64,000 nucleotides of DNA. Origin: Clostridiaceae bacterium. Its GTDB lineage: Bacteria > Bacillota > Clostridia > Acetivibrionales > DULL01. Below are positions 48,643-57,930 of the stretch, one piece after another. The first letter of the stretch is position 1. The number at the start of each line of letters is the position of its first letter. The notes beneath the pieces were generated by a model. The model made no database searches. It saw nothing but the letters and a program-made list of their open reading frames with translations, and was not told where the DNA came from. The translations under genes and the position numbers were made by a program. The stretch lies in the NCBI GenBank assembly GCA_012840395.1, contig DULL01000110.1, positions 10,002 to 74,001 on the forward strand, written 5' to 3'.

Positions 48643-48813
48643 TGTATATTTATGTTATTTATTGTTAATAATATAACTGAAAACAAATAAGTTTAAATAA
48701 TTAATAATTAGGAAATATAGTAAATTTTTGAATTAAATGTATAATTATATAAGGAATTAAACTATTATACAGTTTAGCTGCTATACAAATTGGAAAGAAG
48801 GGGTAGTTGAAGG

Positions 48814-49698
48814 ATGGAAGCTTTGATAAAAGAATACATGAATTTTCTGGAAAAGGATAAGCAACTGTCACATAATACACTGCAGTCCTACAAGAGAGAT
48901 ATAGAACAATACCTTACATATCTACAGCAGATAAATCTAAATAATATTTCAAATACAACCAAAACAACAATACTTACTTATCTGATGTATTTGCAGAAAA
49001 AGGGCAGGGCTACATCGACAGTATCCAGAAACTTAGCTTCAATCAGATCGTTTTATCAGTTCATAGCAAAGAATAAAGCAATAGACCATGATCCTACTTC
49101 TGATCTTGAATCACCTAAAGTAGAGAAAAAGCTCCCGCAAATATTATCAACCCAGGAAGTGGAACTTCTTCTGGAACAGCCTAAATGCAAAGACTTAAAA
49201 GGATACAGAGATAAGGCAATGCTGGAACTTCTTTATGCAACGGGTATCAGGGTGTCTGAACTGATATCTCTTGATCTATCTGATATCAACCTCCAGGGTG
49301 GATATATAAGGTGTAATAAGGGAGCAAGGGAAAGAACGATACCAATAGGTTCTATTGCCGCAGAAGCCTTGCAGGAGTATATAGAAAAGGCAAGAGTGCA
49401 TTTAGTAAAAGACAGCAACAATCAAGCACTTTTTGTCAACGTAAATGGAGGCAGGCTTACCAGGCAGGGTTTCTGGAAGATTATAAAACTTTACAAAAAC
49501 CAGGCAAAGATAAATAAGGATATAACACCTCACACTCTTAGGCACTCCTTTGCGGCACACTTGCTTGAGAATGGGGCTGATTTAAGGTCAATACAGGAAA
49601 TGCTGGGCCATTCAGATATTTCATCTACACAAATATACGCCCAGTTAGCAAAAAACAGGATAAAAGAAGTATATAAGAAAACCCATCCAAGGGCATAA
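48814..49698 (+). CDS. xerD: Tyrosine recombinase XerD
   Basis: SAM-like N-domain. Catalytic residues in context (ATGIRVSEL, LRHSFAAHLLENGADLRSIQEMLGHSDISSTQIY). Confidence 0.85.
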   Translation: MEALIKEYMNFLEKDKQLSHNTLQSYKRDIEQYLTYLQQINLNNISNTTKTTILTYLMYLQKKGRATSTVSRNLASIRSFYQFIAKNKAIDHDPTSDLESPKVEKKLPQILSTQEVELLLEQPKCKDLKGYRDKAMLELLYATGIRVSELISLDLSDINLQGGYIRCNKGARERTIPIGSIAAEALQEYIEKARVHLVKDSNNQALFVNVNGGRLTRQGFWKIIKLYKNQAKINKDITPHTLRHSFAAHLLENGADLRSIQEMLGHSDISSTQIYAQLAKNRIKEVYKKTHPRA

Positions 49699-49924
49699 TT
49701 TTATTTCACGGCATAAGTATATTCTAAAATGCAAAAAAGTATTAATAATGAAGGGTAATTATTTAGGACAGTTCTTGATTAATTCCGTTACGGAATATAA
49801 AGAGAAATGTCCTTTTTAATTATCTATAAATAATATGGAATACCTGTTTATATATGCATATATTACCGGAATTGAGGAAAAATTTTATATGTTAGATAAT
49901 CTTTGTAAAGGAGTGTAATTTATA

Positions 49925-51142
49925 ATGCGTAATAAAGGTATTACAATTCTTCTGATTATTACCTTTTGTTTTTCTTGCTTATTTTTTAATCCAGTTTTGG
50001 CTAATGAGGATGTAGAAGATGCCGAATATGATGCCCTGACTGTCGGGAAAATAATGACTACAACAAGTGTAATGGATTTAAAAGCCAAATCTGCAATTCT
50101 AATGGATGTAAACTCAGGTGAGGTAATGTATGAAAAAAATGCTCATGAGAAGTTACCTATAGCGAGTGTCACAAAAATTATGACCATGCTTTTAGTTATG
50201 GAAGAGATTGCGCAAGGAAGGCTGACCTTCGAAGATATGGTCTATGTTACGGAGAACTCATATAGAATGGGAGGATCGCAAGTTTATCTGGAACCAGGGG
50301 AACAATTTACTGTGGATGAGATGCTAAAAGCTGTAGCCATTCATTCTGCTAACGATGCATCTGTTGCTCTGGCAGAAAAAGTAGCAGGCAGCGAAGAAGT
50401 GTTTGTAGACATGATGAATAAAAAAGCAAAAGAACTGGGAATGAATAATACAAACTTTCTTGATTGCAGCGGTTTGACAGATGAAGGTCATTATAGCACT
50501 GCATATGATGTTGCCCTGATGTCAAGGGAACTTGTGCTAAAGCATCCGAAAATATTGGAGTATACTTCAATCTGGCATGATACTTTCAGAAACGGTACAT
50601 TTTCGTTGGATAATACTAACAAGTTAATTCGATACTACCAGGGGGTGGTTAACGGAATTAAAACCGGATATACAAGCAAAGCGGGATATTGTCTTTCAGC
50701 TTCAGCTACAAAGAGCGGTTTAAACCTTATTTCTGTAGTTTTAGGTGAACCAGATTCAAACACCAGGTTTGCAGAGGCAAGAAAGCTACTTGATTATGGA
50801 TTCTCAAATTTTGAACCATATCATGCAAATTCCAGAGATGAGATTGTCGGTTCAATTGAGGTGAAAAAAGGACTAAAAAGCAGGGTTAATATAAAGTTCA
50901 GGGATGATGTCAATTTGCTTCTGAAGAAAGGGCAGAAAGAGAAAGTTACAAAAGAAGTAAAGTTGCCGGATAATATTGAAGCTCCTGTATATGCTGGTAA
51001 GTCTGTAGGAGAAGTCATATATACAATTGATGGGAACGTTATAGGAAAAGCTGACCTGGTTGCTGATAATACCATAGAAAGGGCAACATTTCTTAAGGTG
51101 ATGTATAGAATGATAATAGATTGGTTTAAGGTTGGCAGGTAA
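49925..51142 (+). CDS. D-alanyl-D-alanine carboxypeptidase (S11, DacB/DacF-like)
   Basis: Signal peptide, then SxxK (ASVTK), SxN (HSAND) and KTG (IKTGYT), plus the C-terminal PBP5_C-like domain. Confidence 0.9.
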   Translation: MRNKGITILLIITFCFSCLFFNPVLANEDVEDAEYDALTVGKIMTTTSVMDLKAKSAILMDVNSGEVMYEKNAHEKLPIASVTKIMTMLLVMEEIAQGRLTFEDMVYVTENSYRMGGSQVYLEPGEQFTVDEMLKAVAIHSANDASVALAEKVAGSEEVFVDMMNKKAKELGMNNTNFLDCSGLTDEGHYSTAYDVALMSRELVLKHPKILEYTSIWHDTFRNGTFSLDNTNKLIRYYQGVVNGIKTGYTSKAGYCLSASATKSGLNLISVVLGEPDSNTRFAEARKLLDYGFSNFEPYHANSRDEIVGSIEVKKGLKSRVNIKFRDDVNLLLKKGQKEKVTKEVKLPDNIEAPVYAGKSVGEVIYTIDGNVIGKADLVADNTIERATFLKVMYRMIIDWFKVGR

Positions 51143-51180
51143 ATAATAATTTACGCCATTATATGATTTTGAATTGTTGA

Positions 51181-51278
51181 CTCCTGCAATAATTAATGTT
51201 ACCATAATCATATCATTTACAGGATAATGTTATTTATTGTAAATTATTAGTGTTAGCCTTCTTTAATTATTGCAGGAG
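51181..51278 (+). promoter_or_regulatory. 16-bp perfect inverted repeat pairing an upstream anti-SD with the lysA Shine-Dalgarno
   Basis: ctcctgcaataattaa (51181-51196) is the exact reverse complement of ttaattattgcaggag (51263-51278). The latter contains the AGGAG SD, 10 nt before ATG 51289. Confidence 0.55.
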
Positions 51279-51288
51279 TGATAGAAAT

Positions 51289-52602
51289 ATGTTTATTTTG
51301 GATGCATTATCAATTAGCAGCAAGGGCAACCTTGAAATAGGAGGCTGTGATACTTTAGATTTAGTAAAAGAATTTGGCACTCCTTTATATGTAATGGATG
51401 AAGAAACAATAAGGAAAAGTTGCAGGTTTTACAAGGATGCCATTGACAGATATTATCCTGGTAAAGGACTGATCCTTTACGCCAGCAAGGCTTTCTGTTC
51501 AATGGCTATGTGCAAAATTGCAGAACAGGAAGGACTCGGTATTGATGTAGTATCGGGAGGAGAACTGTATACTGCCATAAAATCCGGATTTCCTGCAGAA
51601 AAAATCTTTTTCCATGGAAACAATAAGACTATTGAAGAGATTGAATTAGCCATTGAAAATAATATAGGCAGATTTATCGTTGACAATAGGGAAGAACTCC
51701 AGTCCATAAACAGCATAGCAAAATCAAAAGGGAAAAAAATAAAGATACTCTTCAGAATAAAACCTGGCATTGAAGCTCACACCCATGATTTTATCCGAAC
51801 AGGTCAGATTGATTCTAAATTTGGAGTAGCTTTAGAGAACGGTGAAGCTTTTGAGATTATAAAGATTGCTTCTGAACTGGATGCTGTAGAAGTTGTGGGA
51901 GTTCATTGCCATATAGGTTCACAAATATTTGATATTGCTCCTTATGAACTGGCTGCACAAGTAATGCTGGATTTTATTGCAGAATTAAAAAACAAACTGG
52001 GTATAGTTATAAAAGAGTTAAATCTTGGAGGAGGCTTTGGCATAAGATATTTGCCTGAGCACGAACCCATTCAATATGATACTTCTATTGAAGCAGTAAC
52101 AAAATTTATTAAATCAGAATGCAGCAAAAAAAATTTAGAATTACCGTTGCTTATATTCGAGCCTGGAAGATCCATTGTAGGCCCTGCAGGAATTACTCTT
52201 TATACTGTTGGTGCAGTGAAAGACATAAAAGGAGTAAGAAAATATGTATCTGTTGATGGTGGAATGACAGATAATCCACGGTATGCCCTTTATCAATCTC
52301 AATACGATGCCCTCATTGCAAACAAACCCGATGCCAAGAAGGTTGAGAAGGTTACAATTGCAGGAAAGTGCTGTGAATCGGGAGATATATTGGTAAAAGA
52401 TATTTACATGCCTCCGATCTCAAGTGGTGATATTTTGGCCATCCTGGCTACCGGAGCTTATAATTATTCAATGTCAAGTAATTATAACCGTATTCCGAGA
52501 CCTCCAGTTGTGCTGGTTAATAAAGGAAAAGCCCGTTTAATAGTGAAGAGAGAAGGGTATGAAGATATTATAAGAAATGATATAATTCCTGAGGATTTAT
52601 AG
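51289..52602 (+). CDS. lysA: Diaminopimelate decarboxylase
   Basis: GTPLYVMDE, a PLP-lysine region, HIGSQ, the GGG loop and CESGD. Start reset to ATG 51289 behind AGGAG; the track's GTG 51250 has no SD. Confidence 0.93.
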   Translation: MFILDALSISSKGNLEIGGCDTLDLVKEFGTPLYVMDEETIRKSCRFYKDAIDRYYPGKGLILYASKAFCSMAMCKIAEQEGLGIDVVSGGELYTAIKSGFPAEKIFFHGNNKTIEEIELAIENNIGRFIVDNREELQSINSIAKSKGKKIKILFRIKPGIEAHTHDFIRTGQIDSKFGVALENGEAFEIIKIASELDAVEVVGVHCHIGSQIFDIAPYELAAQVMLDFIAELKNKLGIVIKELNLGGGFGIRYLPEHEPIQYDTSIEAVTKFIKSECSKKNLELPLLIFEPGRSIVGPAGITLYTVGAVKDIKGVRKYVSVDGGMTDNPRYALYQSQYDALIANKPDAKKVEKVTIAGKCCESGDILVKDIYMPPISSGDILAILATGAYNYSMSSNYNRIPRPPVVLVNKGKARLIVKREGYEDIIRNDIIPEDL

Positions 52603-52657
52603 TAGAATGTATTATAAAGGGAGTATACACCCTAAAGAATTTTATTGAAAGGGGTAA

Positions 52658-53338
52658 ATGATGCTATTTCTATATCCACCTATAATATTGATTTATTTGG
52701 TACCGGTAGTACTTATTTCACTGACATTTCATGAGTTTTCTCATGCCTACACTTCTTACAGGCTGGGAGATCCAACGGCAAAGTATGCAGGAAGATTAAC
52801 TTTGAATCCTTTGAAACATCTGGATATACTTGGTACATTAATGTTTTTATTCTCCAGATTCGGATGGGCAAAACCAGTACCTATAAATCCCATGTATTAT
52901 AAAGACAGAAATAAAGGAACAATGATTGTAAGTGTGGCAGGGCCGTTATCCAATATATTACTTGCCTTAATATTTTCATTTCCTATGATTTACCTGGAGA
53001 GGAAATACGGTATTGTTAACGGCAGCTTTTTTACATCCTTTAATCCTATTGCAATTTTATATAATTTTTCATTTATGTTTTATATGATAAATATAGGTCT
53101 GGCTGCTTTTAATATTTTGCCTGTTCCTCCTTTGGACGGATCAAATATATTGCAGGGAATTTTACCTCCGAAATATAACTATAAGATGCATCAGTACCAA
53201 AGCTATATTTCGATTGGTTTTATGATGTTAATACTTATTGCACCCCGTGCTTTAAATACCTTACTTTCACCATTTATATGGTTTTTTCAGACTGCAATAA
53301 ATATGATTACTAATTCGGTAATAGGTTTGTTCCACTAA
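52658..53338 (+). CDS. Site-2 protease family (M50) membrane metalloprotease
   Basis: HEFSH zinc motif in the first TM region, a later PLDGS motif, and about 6 TM segments. Confidence 0.85.
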   Translation: MMLFLYPPIILIYLVPVVLISLTFHEFSHAYTSYRLGDPTAKYAGRLTLNPLKHLDILGTLMFLFSRFGWAKPVPINPMYYKDRNKGTMIVSVAGPLSNILLALIFSFPMIYLERKYGIVNGSFFTSFNPIAILYNFSFMFYMINIGLAAFNILPVPPLDGSNILQGILPPKYNYKMHQYQSYISIGFMMLILIAPRALNTLLSPFIWFFQTAINMITNSVIGLFH

Positions 53339-53396
53339 ATATATTTTTGTTTAATCAATAAAGGGAAGGAACATGCAAAACAAGAACAGAGAGTTG

Positions 53397-53445
53397 ACAC
53401 ATTCTGAATTGAAATTTAGAATTAGAATGTGTTAGCGAATTGTTA
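53397..53445 (+). terminator. Possible terminator after the M50 gene
   Basis: acacattct...agaatgtgt stem (53397-53432) followed, not immediately, by a T-rich stretch. Confidence 0.35.
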
Positions 53446-53521
53446 TTATTTTTGCAATTTACAATATTTATTAACAATCTGGAATAATTAAATTGTAAGT
53501 CGCCGGAGGGAGTTTTTACTG

Positions 53522-54508
53522 ATGAGTGGAAAAAGAATACTTAGCGGAATGAGACCTACAGGTCAGCTACATCTGGGAAATTATTTCGGGGCTTTGGAGA
53601 ATTGGGTAAAACTACAGCATGAATATGAATGTTATTTTTTTATTGCTGATTGGCATGCACTTACCACTGGGTATGAAGATACATCGGAAATAAAGAATAA
53701 TATTACCGAAATGACTGTTGATTGGCTCAGCGCAGGCCTAGATCCTGATAAATGCAATATCTTCCTTCAATCAAAGGTTTTGGAACATGCCGAATTACAT
53801 CTGCTGTTCTCTATGAGTACACCTTTGTCCTGGCTATATAGATGTCCCACTTATAAAGACCAGCTGAATCAGATGAAGGAAAAAAATATTACAACCTATG
53901 GCTTTTTAGGCTATCCTTGCCTTATGGCTTCTGATATTTTAATTTACAAAGCAGACCTAGTTCCTGTGGGAGAGGACCAGCTTCCTCATCTTGAATTGAC
54001 CAGGGAAATTGCAAGAAGGTTTAACAACCTATACAAAGAAGTTTTTCCTGAACCCCAGGCTATCCTGACAAAAGCTAAAGTATTGCCAGGCACTGATGGA
54101 AGGAAAATGAGCAAAAGTTATGGAAATACTATTTCATTATCGGATTCACCTGATACAATAAAGAAGAAGGTAAGTTCCATGGTTACGGACCCGGCCAGAA
54201 TAAGAAAGGATGATCCAGGCCATCCGGAAGTATGTACGGTATTTGCATTCCATAAAGTATTCAATGAAGATGGAGTTACAGAAGTTGAATCCCTTTGCCG
54301 TAAGGGAGGTATTGGCTGCGTACAATGTAAACGCAATCTGGCTGAGAAAATGATCGGTGCTCTTTCACCTATTTACGAAAAAAGACAGGAATTAATTAAA
54401 AGACCTGATACTATCAGGGATATTGTTGATACAGGAATCAAGAATGCCAGGTCGGTTGCTCAGAAAACTATGGAAGAAGTAAGAAGTGCAATGAAAATTG
54501 ACTGGTAG
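53522..54508 (+). CDS. trpS: Tryptophan--tRNA ligase
   Basis: HIGH-type motif (QLHLGNY), KMSKS, and a size of 328 aa typical of bacterial TrpRS. Confidence 0.95.
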   Translation: MSGKRILSGMRPTGQLHLGNYFGALENWVKLQHEYECYFFIADWHALTTGYEDTSEIKNNITEMTVDWLSAGLDPDKCNIFLQSKVLEHAELHLLFSMSTPLSWLYRCPTYKDQLNQMKEKNITTYGFLGYPCLMASDILIYKADLVPVGEDQLPHLELTREIARRFNNLYKEVFPEPQAILTKAKVLPGTDGRKMSKSYGNTISLSDSPDTIKKKVSSMVTDPARIRKDDPGHPEVCTVFAFHKVFNEDGVTEVESLCRKGGIGCVQCKRNLAEKMIGALSPIYEKRQELIKRPDTIRDIVDTGIKNARSVAQKTMEEVRSAMKIDW

Positions 54509-54522
54509 GGAGGGCTTCTCAA

Positions 54523-55323
54523 ATAGAGAACTTTATAAGTAATGGATATATAGTTAAGGTTCAAAGTTTCGAAGGACCATTTGATCTATTATTTCATCTT
54601 ATAGAAAAAAATAACATGAAAGTATATGATATTTCTATAAGTGAAATAACCGACCAATATATGGACTATTTATTTTCTATGCAGGAAATGAATCTTGAAA
54701 TAGCCAGCGAATTTATTGTTATGGCTGCTACGCTGCTCCATCTAAAGTCCAGGCTTCTTCTTCCTGAAAAGAATAAACCTGAAGAAGAAAACACTTCTGA
54801 CCCTAAGGAAGAGCTAATACAAAAGCTTATAGAGTATAAAAAGTACAAAGAGTTTGCAAATGTGTTAAGAAGTAGAGAGATTGAATGGAGCAAAGTTTTT
54901 TATAAATTACCTGAGTTAATTGAGCGTGAGATTGCTTCTCAGGAACTTGACCTTTGTTCCTATAATTTAAAAATGATATATGAAAACCTGATAAAAAGAA
55001 AAGAAGAAAGGACAAACCAGAGAGCAGGAGAATTATCAGAGATTATTAAAAGGGAGAAATTCTCAATAAAGAGTAAAATAAAAGAAATATTGAGATTTTT
55101 GAAAATAAAGCCAAATATTAAATTTTCACAGCTCTTTAATTTTAAAAAAAATACCAAATCAGAGGTTATATTAGGATTCTTGGCTATACTGGAGCTGGCT
55201 AAGATTAAAAAAGTCACCCTGAAACAGAAAACCCATTTTTCAGATATCACAATTCTAAAGGTAAAAGAATCTTTACCTGCCATGGACATGGTATATACCT
55301 ATTCCAATGTGGAGGATTTATAG
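54523..55323 (+). CDS. scpA: Segregation and condensation protein A (kleisin); proposed non-canonical ATA start
   Basis: The frame is open upstream of the track's ATG 54616 and encodes the conserved ScpA N-terminus ..YIVKVQSFEGPFDLLFHLIEKNNMKVYDISISEITDQYM. No in-frame ATG, GTG or TTG exists there. ATA 54523 lies 8 nt after GGGAGGG (54508-54514). Confidence 0.6.
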   Translation: MENFISNGYIVKVQSFEGPFDLLFHLIEKNNMKVYDISISEITDQYMDYLFSMQEMNLEIASEFIVMAATLLHLKSRLLLPEKNKPEEENTSDPKEELIQKLIEYKKYKEFANVLRSREIEWSKVFYKLPELIEREIASQELDLCSYNLKMIYENLIKRKEERTNQRAGELSEIIKREKFSIKSKIKEILRFLKIKPNIKFSQLFNFKKNTKSEVILGFLAILELAKIKKVTLKQKTHFSDITILKVKESLPAMDMVYTYSNVEDL

Positions 55324-55854
55324 ATGAGGACAGAAGAGTTAGAAGGCATTATTGAAGGGCTGCTTTTCGTGTCGGGTGATGAGCTTCCCTTAGGAAAAAT
55401 ATCAGAGATACTTGAAATAGACCAAAAAGTAGTTAAGGGAATCATTGATAATATGATTCAAAAGATAAATAATTCGGACAGAGGCATTATGATACGTAAA
55501 ATAAATAATGCCTATCAGCTATGCACAAATTCCAAGTATTATGAATATTTCACCAAGCTCCAGGAACCCAGGCAAAAACAACAATTATCCCAGGCTGCTT
55601 TTGAAACATTATCAATAATCGCATATAATTCACCTATTACCAGAGCCAAGATTGAAGCTATCAGGGGAGTTAATTCAGATAGTGCAATTGCTACACTGAT
55701 TGAGCGGAATCTGATAAGAGAAGCAGGAAGAATGGACGCTCCTGGTAAACCTATTCTGTATGAGGTGACGGAAGAATTCTTAAGATGCTTTGGTTACAGC
55801 AGCCTGAAAGATCTTCCCGCCCTTGATACTGATGGCGATAGCCAGGAAATATAG
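55324..55854 (+). CDS. scpB: Segregation and condensation protein B
   Basis: Typical ScpB N-terminus (LEGIIEGLLFVSGDE.) with two winged-helix repeats. The ATG directly abuts the scpA stop. Confidence 0.92.
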   Translation: MRTEELEGIIEGLLFVSGDELPLGKISEILEIDQKVVKGIIDNMIQKINNSDRGIMIRKINNAYQLCTNSKYYEYFTKLQEPRQKQQLSQAAFETLSIIAYNSPITRAKIEAIRGVNSDSAIATLIERNLIREAGRMDAPGKPILYEVTEEFLRCFGYSSLKDLPALDTDGDSQEI

Positions 55855-55928
55855 AACTTTCCCTTTCAAATAACTTGATATTGAGTATTTTTGTTAAATC
55901 AGGTAAAAATAATTAATGAGGTGAAATA

Positions 55929-56618
55929 ATGCTTTATTTAGTTATTTTTACACTGATCTTAACCATTCTCATCCTATTTTTGCTTTTTTCAAAAGCAGAA
56001 ATTGGTATTGAATATATCCGAACAGGTAATGACGACCTAATGTCCATATTAATTATTGCCTTATCAGGAATATTCAGATTAAAATTAGACATTCCCTTAT
56101 CAAAATACGGTGAAGCAAAGTCTAAGATTCGGGTGCCTAAAAAGACAGAATTAGGCAGACATCATCTGTTGGAGAAAGAGAAAGGAAAAGATTTTAGCAT
56201 AAAGGATCTCTTGGATATATTTCTGAAATTATACAGGTTAATAAAAAGTGAAAATGCATTTATTCATGAGTTAATAGAATATATGACAGGAAGAGTACGT
56301 TTTGTAGGATATGAGCTGGAGATAGAAATTGGAGCCGGGGAAGCCTATTATACTGCTTTGACAACAGGGTTGATCTGGGCTGCATATGGTTTATTTGAAA
56401 GTTACCTGTATTACATAAATAATGGAAATTATAATAAGTTTTTTAATGATGTTAATGTTTATGCAAATTTTGATAGAAAGAGTTTGCTCATTAATTTATA
56501 TTGTATATTTAATGCTAAAGTTGCCAATATTATAAATATAAGTTTCAAAATACTAAAATTTTATATTAAATCCAAACAAAGAATAAAAAAAGTATTGGGA
56601 GTGGATACTTATGTCTGA
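55929..56618 (+). CDS. DUF2953 / YtfI-like sporulation membrane protein
   Basis: N-terminal TM helix followed by the pattern seen in Bacillus YtfI. Overlaps and precedes the ytfJ homolog. Confidence 0.6.
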   Translation: MLYLVIFTLILTILILFLLFSKAEIGIEYIRTGNDDLMSILIIALSGIFRLKLDIPLSKYGEAKSKIRVPKKTELGRHHLLEKEKGKDFSIKDLLDIFLKLYRLIKSENAFIHELIEYMTGRVRFVGYELEIEIGAGEAYYTALTTGLIWAAYGLFESYLYYINNGNYNKFFNDVNVYANFDRKSLLINLYCIFNAKVANIINISFKILKFYIKSKQRIKKVLGVDTYV

Positions 56619-57099
56619 ACATCCTATAGAAGGATTAATGAAAACTGCTATGGAAAGTATTAGAGAAATGGTAGATGTAAACACAATAGTTGGAGATGCG
56701 GTTCAGGCTCCTGACGGAACGGTGATTATACCTATATCAAGAGTATCTTTTGGCTTTGCGTCAGGAGGGGGTGAATACAATCAGTACCGCAATAATAAAG
56801 ACAGGGATGGATCCAAATCTGAGGAAGAGGATGAATATAGTCAGGAGAAATTTCCATTTGCTGGAGGTAGCGGTGCAGGAGTAAGTATAAATCCAGTGGC
56901 ATTTATGGTAGTAGGAAATGGACAAATGAAACTGCTTCCTGTGAACATTAATTCTTCAGTGGATAAGATACTTGATATTATTCCTGAATTATTAAACAAG
57001 GCTAATGAAGCAATGAAAAAAAGGATACAAGCCAAAAAGAACGTAAATTCAGTAACTACAGCAACAGAAGAAGCTGCTCCTGAAAACGTAAAACAATAA
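56611..57099 (+). CDS. ytfJ: GerW/YtfJ-family sporulation protein
   Basis: HPIEGLMKTAMESIREMVDVNTIVGD...PDGTVIIPISRVSFGFASGGGEY...GAGVSINPVAFMVV is the conserved YtfJ core. It is interrupted by an acidic insertion. Confidence 0.85.
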   Translation: MSEHPIEGLMKTAMESIREMVDVNTIVGDAVQAPDGTVIIPISRVSFGFASGGGEYNQYRNNKDRDGSKSEEEDEYSQEKFPFAGGSGAGVSINPVAFMVVGNGQMKLLPVNINSSVDKILDIIPELLNKANEAMKKRIQAKKNVNSVTTATEEAAPENVKQ

Positions 57100-57210
57100 T
57101 TGTCTTAAGATCTGAATTATAGTATTATTTTAGAAGAATTTAATTAAAGTTGCATTTAGCATTATTTGTTTAAAATTATTCAGGAAAAAATCAATAATGC
57201 AGGAGAGAAA

Positions 57211-57930
57211 ATGGGGGAAATAAGACTACAGAAATATCTGGCAATGGCCGGAGTAGCATCAAGAAGACATGCGGAAAAAATGATACTAAATGGTGAAGTT
57301 GAAGTAAATGGGGCTGTGGTGAAAGAACTTGGTACCAAGGTAAATTTATGGGATGAAGTAAGAGTTAAAGGCAAAATTGTATCCTTTAAAACCAACTATA
57401 TATATATTATGTTAAATAAACCTACAGGATATATTACTTCTGTGAAAGACCAGTTTGGCAGAAAAACTGTATTGGATCTTTTAAAAGGTGTAAAAGAAAG
57501 GGTATATCCTGTAGGAAGACTGGATTATGATACTTCCGGACTTTTATTACTCACCAATGATGGTGATTTGACATATAAACTCACTCACCCAAAACATGAA
57601 ATTAAGAAGGTATATATTGCTGAAGTAAAGGGTAAGATAGAATGTCATGATATAGATAGTTTTCAGAGGGGCATTGTCATTGATGGGATTCTGACTTCTC
57701 CGGCATCAATGGATATAATAGAAATAAAGAAAAATTCTTCTGTTGTAAAAATTGCCATAAGTGAAGGAAGAAACAGGCAGATAAGAAAAATGTGCAATGA
57801 AATAGGGCACCCTGTAATAGCCCTCAAAAGAATAGCCATGGGTCCTTTGCAAATAGGAAATATCCCTGAAGGTTCGTGGAGATATTTGACTTCAAAAGAA
57901 ATAGATTCATTAAAAAAAATTAAAATCTAA
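57211..57930 (+). CDS. rluB: rRNA pseudouridine synthase, RsuA/RluB family
   Basis: S4 domain (RLQKYLAMAGVASRR) and catalytic GRLDYDTSGLLLLTNDG. Start reset to ATG 57211 behind AGGAGAG. Confidence 0.9.
   Translation: MGEIRLQKYLAMAGVASRRHAEKMILNGEVEVNGAVVKELGTKVNLWDEVRVKGKIVSFKTNYIYIMLNKPTGYITSVKDQFGRKTVLDLLKGVKERVYPVGRLDYDTSGLLLLTNDGDLTYKLTHPKHEIKKVYIAEVKGKIECHDIDSFQRGIVIDGILTSPASMDIIEIKKNSSVVKIAISEGRNRQIRKMCNEIGHPVIALKRIAMGPLQIGNIPEGSWRYLTSKEIDSLKKIKI

Noticed and set aside
48643-48813. A dif-like XerCD recombination site near xerD.
   Set aside because: No sequence resembles the Firmicute dif consensus, and xerD genes are not normally adjacent to dif.
49775-49795. Short palindrome attccg-tta-cggaat upstream of the dac gene, plus sigma-E-like CATATATT nearby.
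   Set aside because: The arms are only 6 bp. The -35/-10 spacing for a sigma-E promoter could not be made to fit the consensus convincingly.
51143-51288. Lysine (L-box) riboswitch upstream of lysA.
   Set aside because: The region is only ~146 nt and lacks the conserved L-box helices and sequence motifs. What is present is the anti-SD inverted repeat reported as a finding.
51250-51288. GTG 51250 as the lysA start, as in the ORF track.
   Set aside because: It has no SD upstream. The added 13 residues (MLAFFNYCRSDRN) are not part of conserved LysA. ATG 51289 has a well-spaced AGGAG.
53339-53521. Expected a tryptophan T-box leader upstream of trpS. Also noticed a 20-codon uORF (53373-53435, MQNKNRELTHSELKFRIRMC).
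   Set aside because: The 183-nt gap is short for a T-box and has no T-box core (..GGGTGGTACCGCG..) or specifier-loop features. The uORF has no Trp codons and a poorly spaced SD. The hairpin there is more simply the terminator of the upstream M50 gene.
57920-57930. 11-nt convergent overlap between the 3' ends of rluB and the small membrane-protein gene, with no terminator in between.
   Set aside because: Short convergent overlaps are common in compact genomes and nothing else is unusual there.
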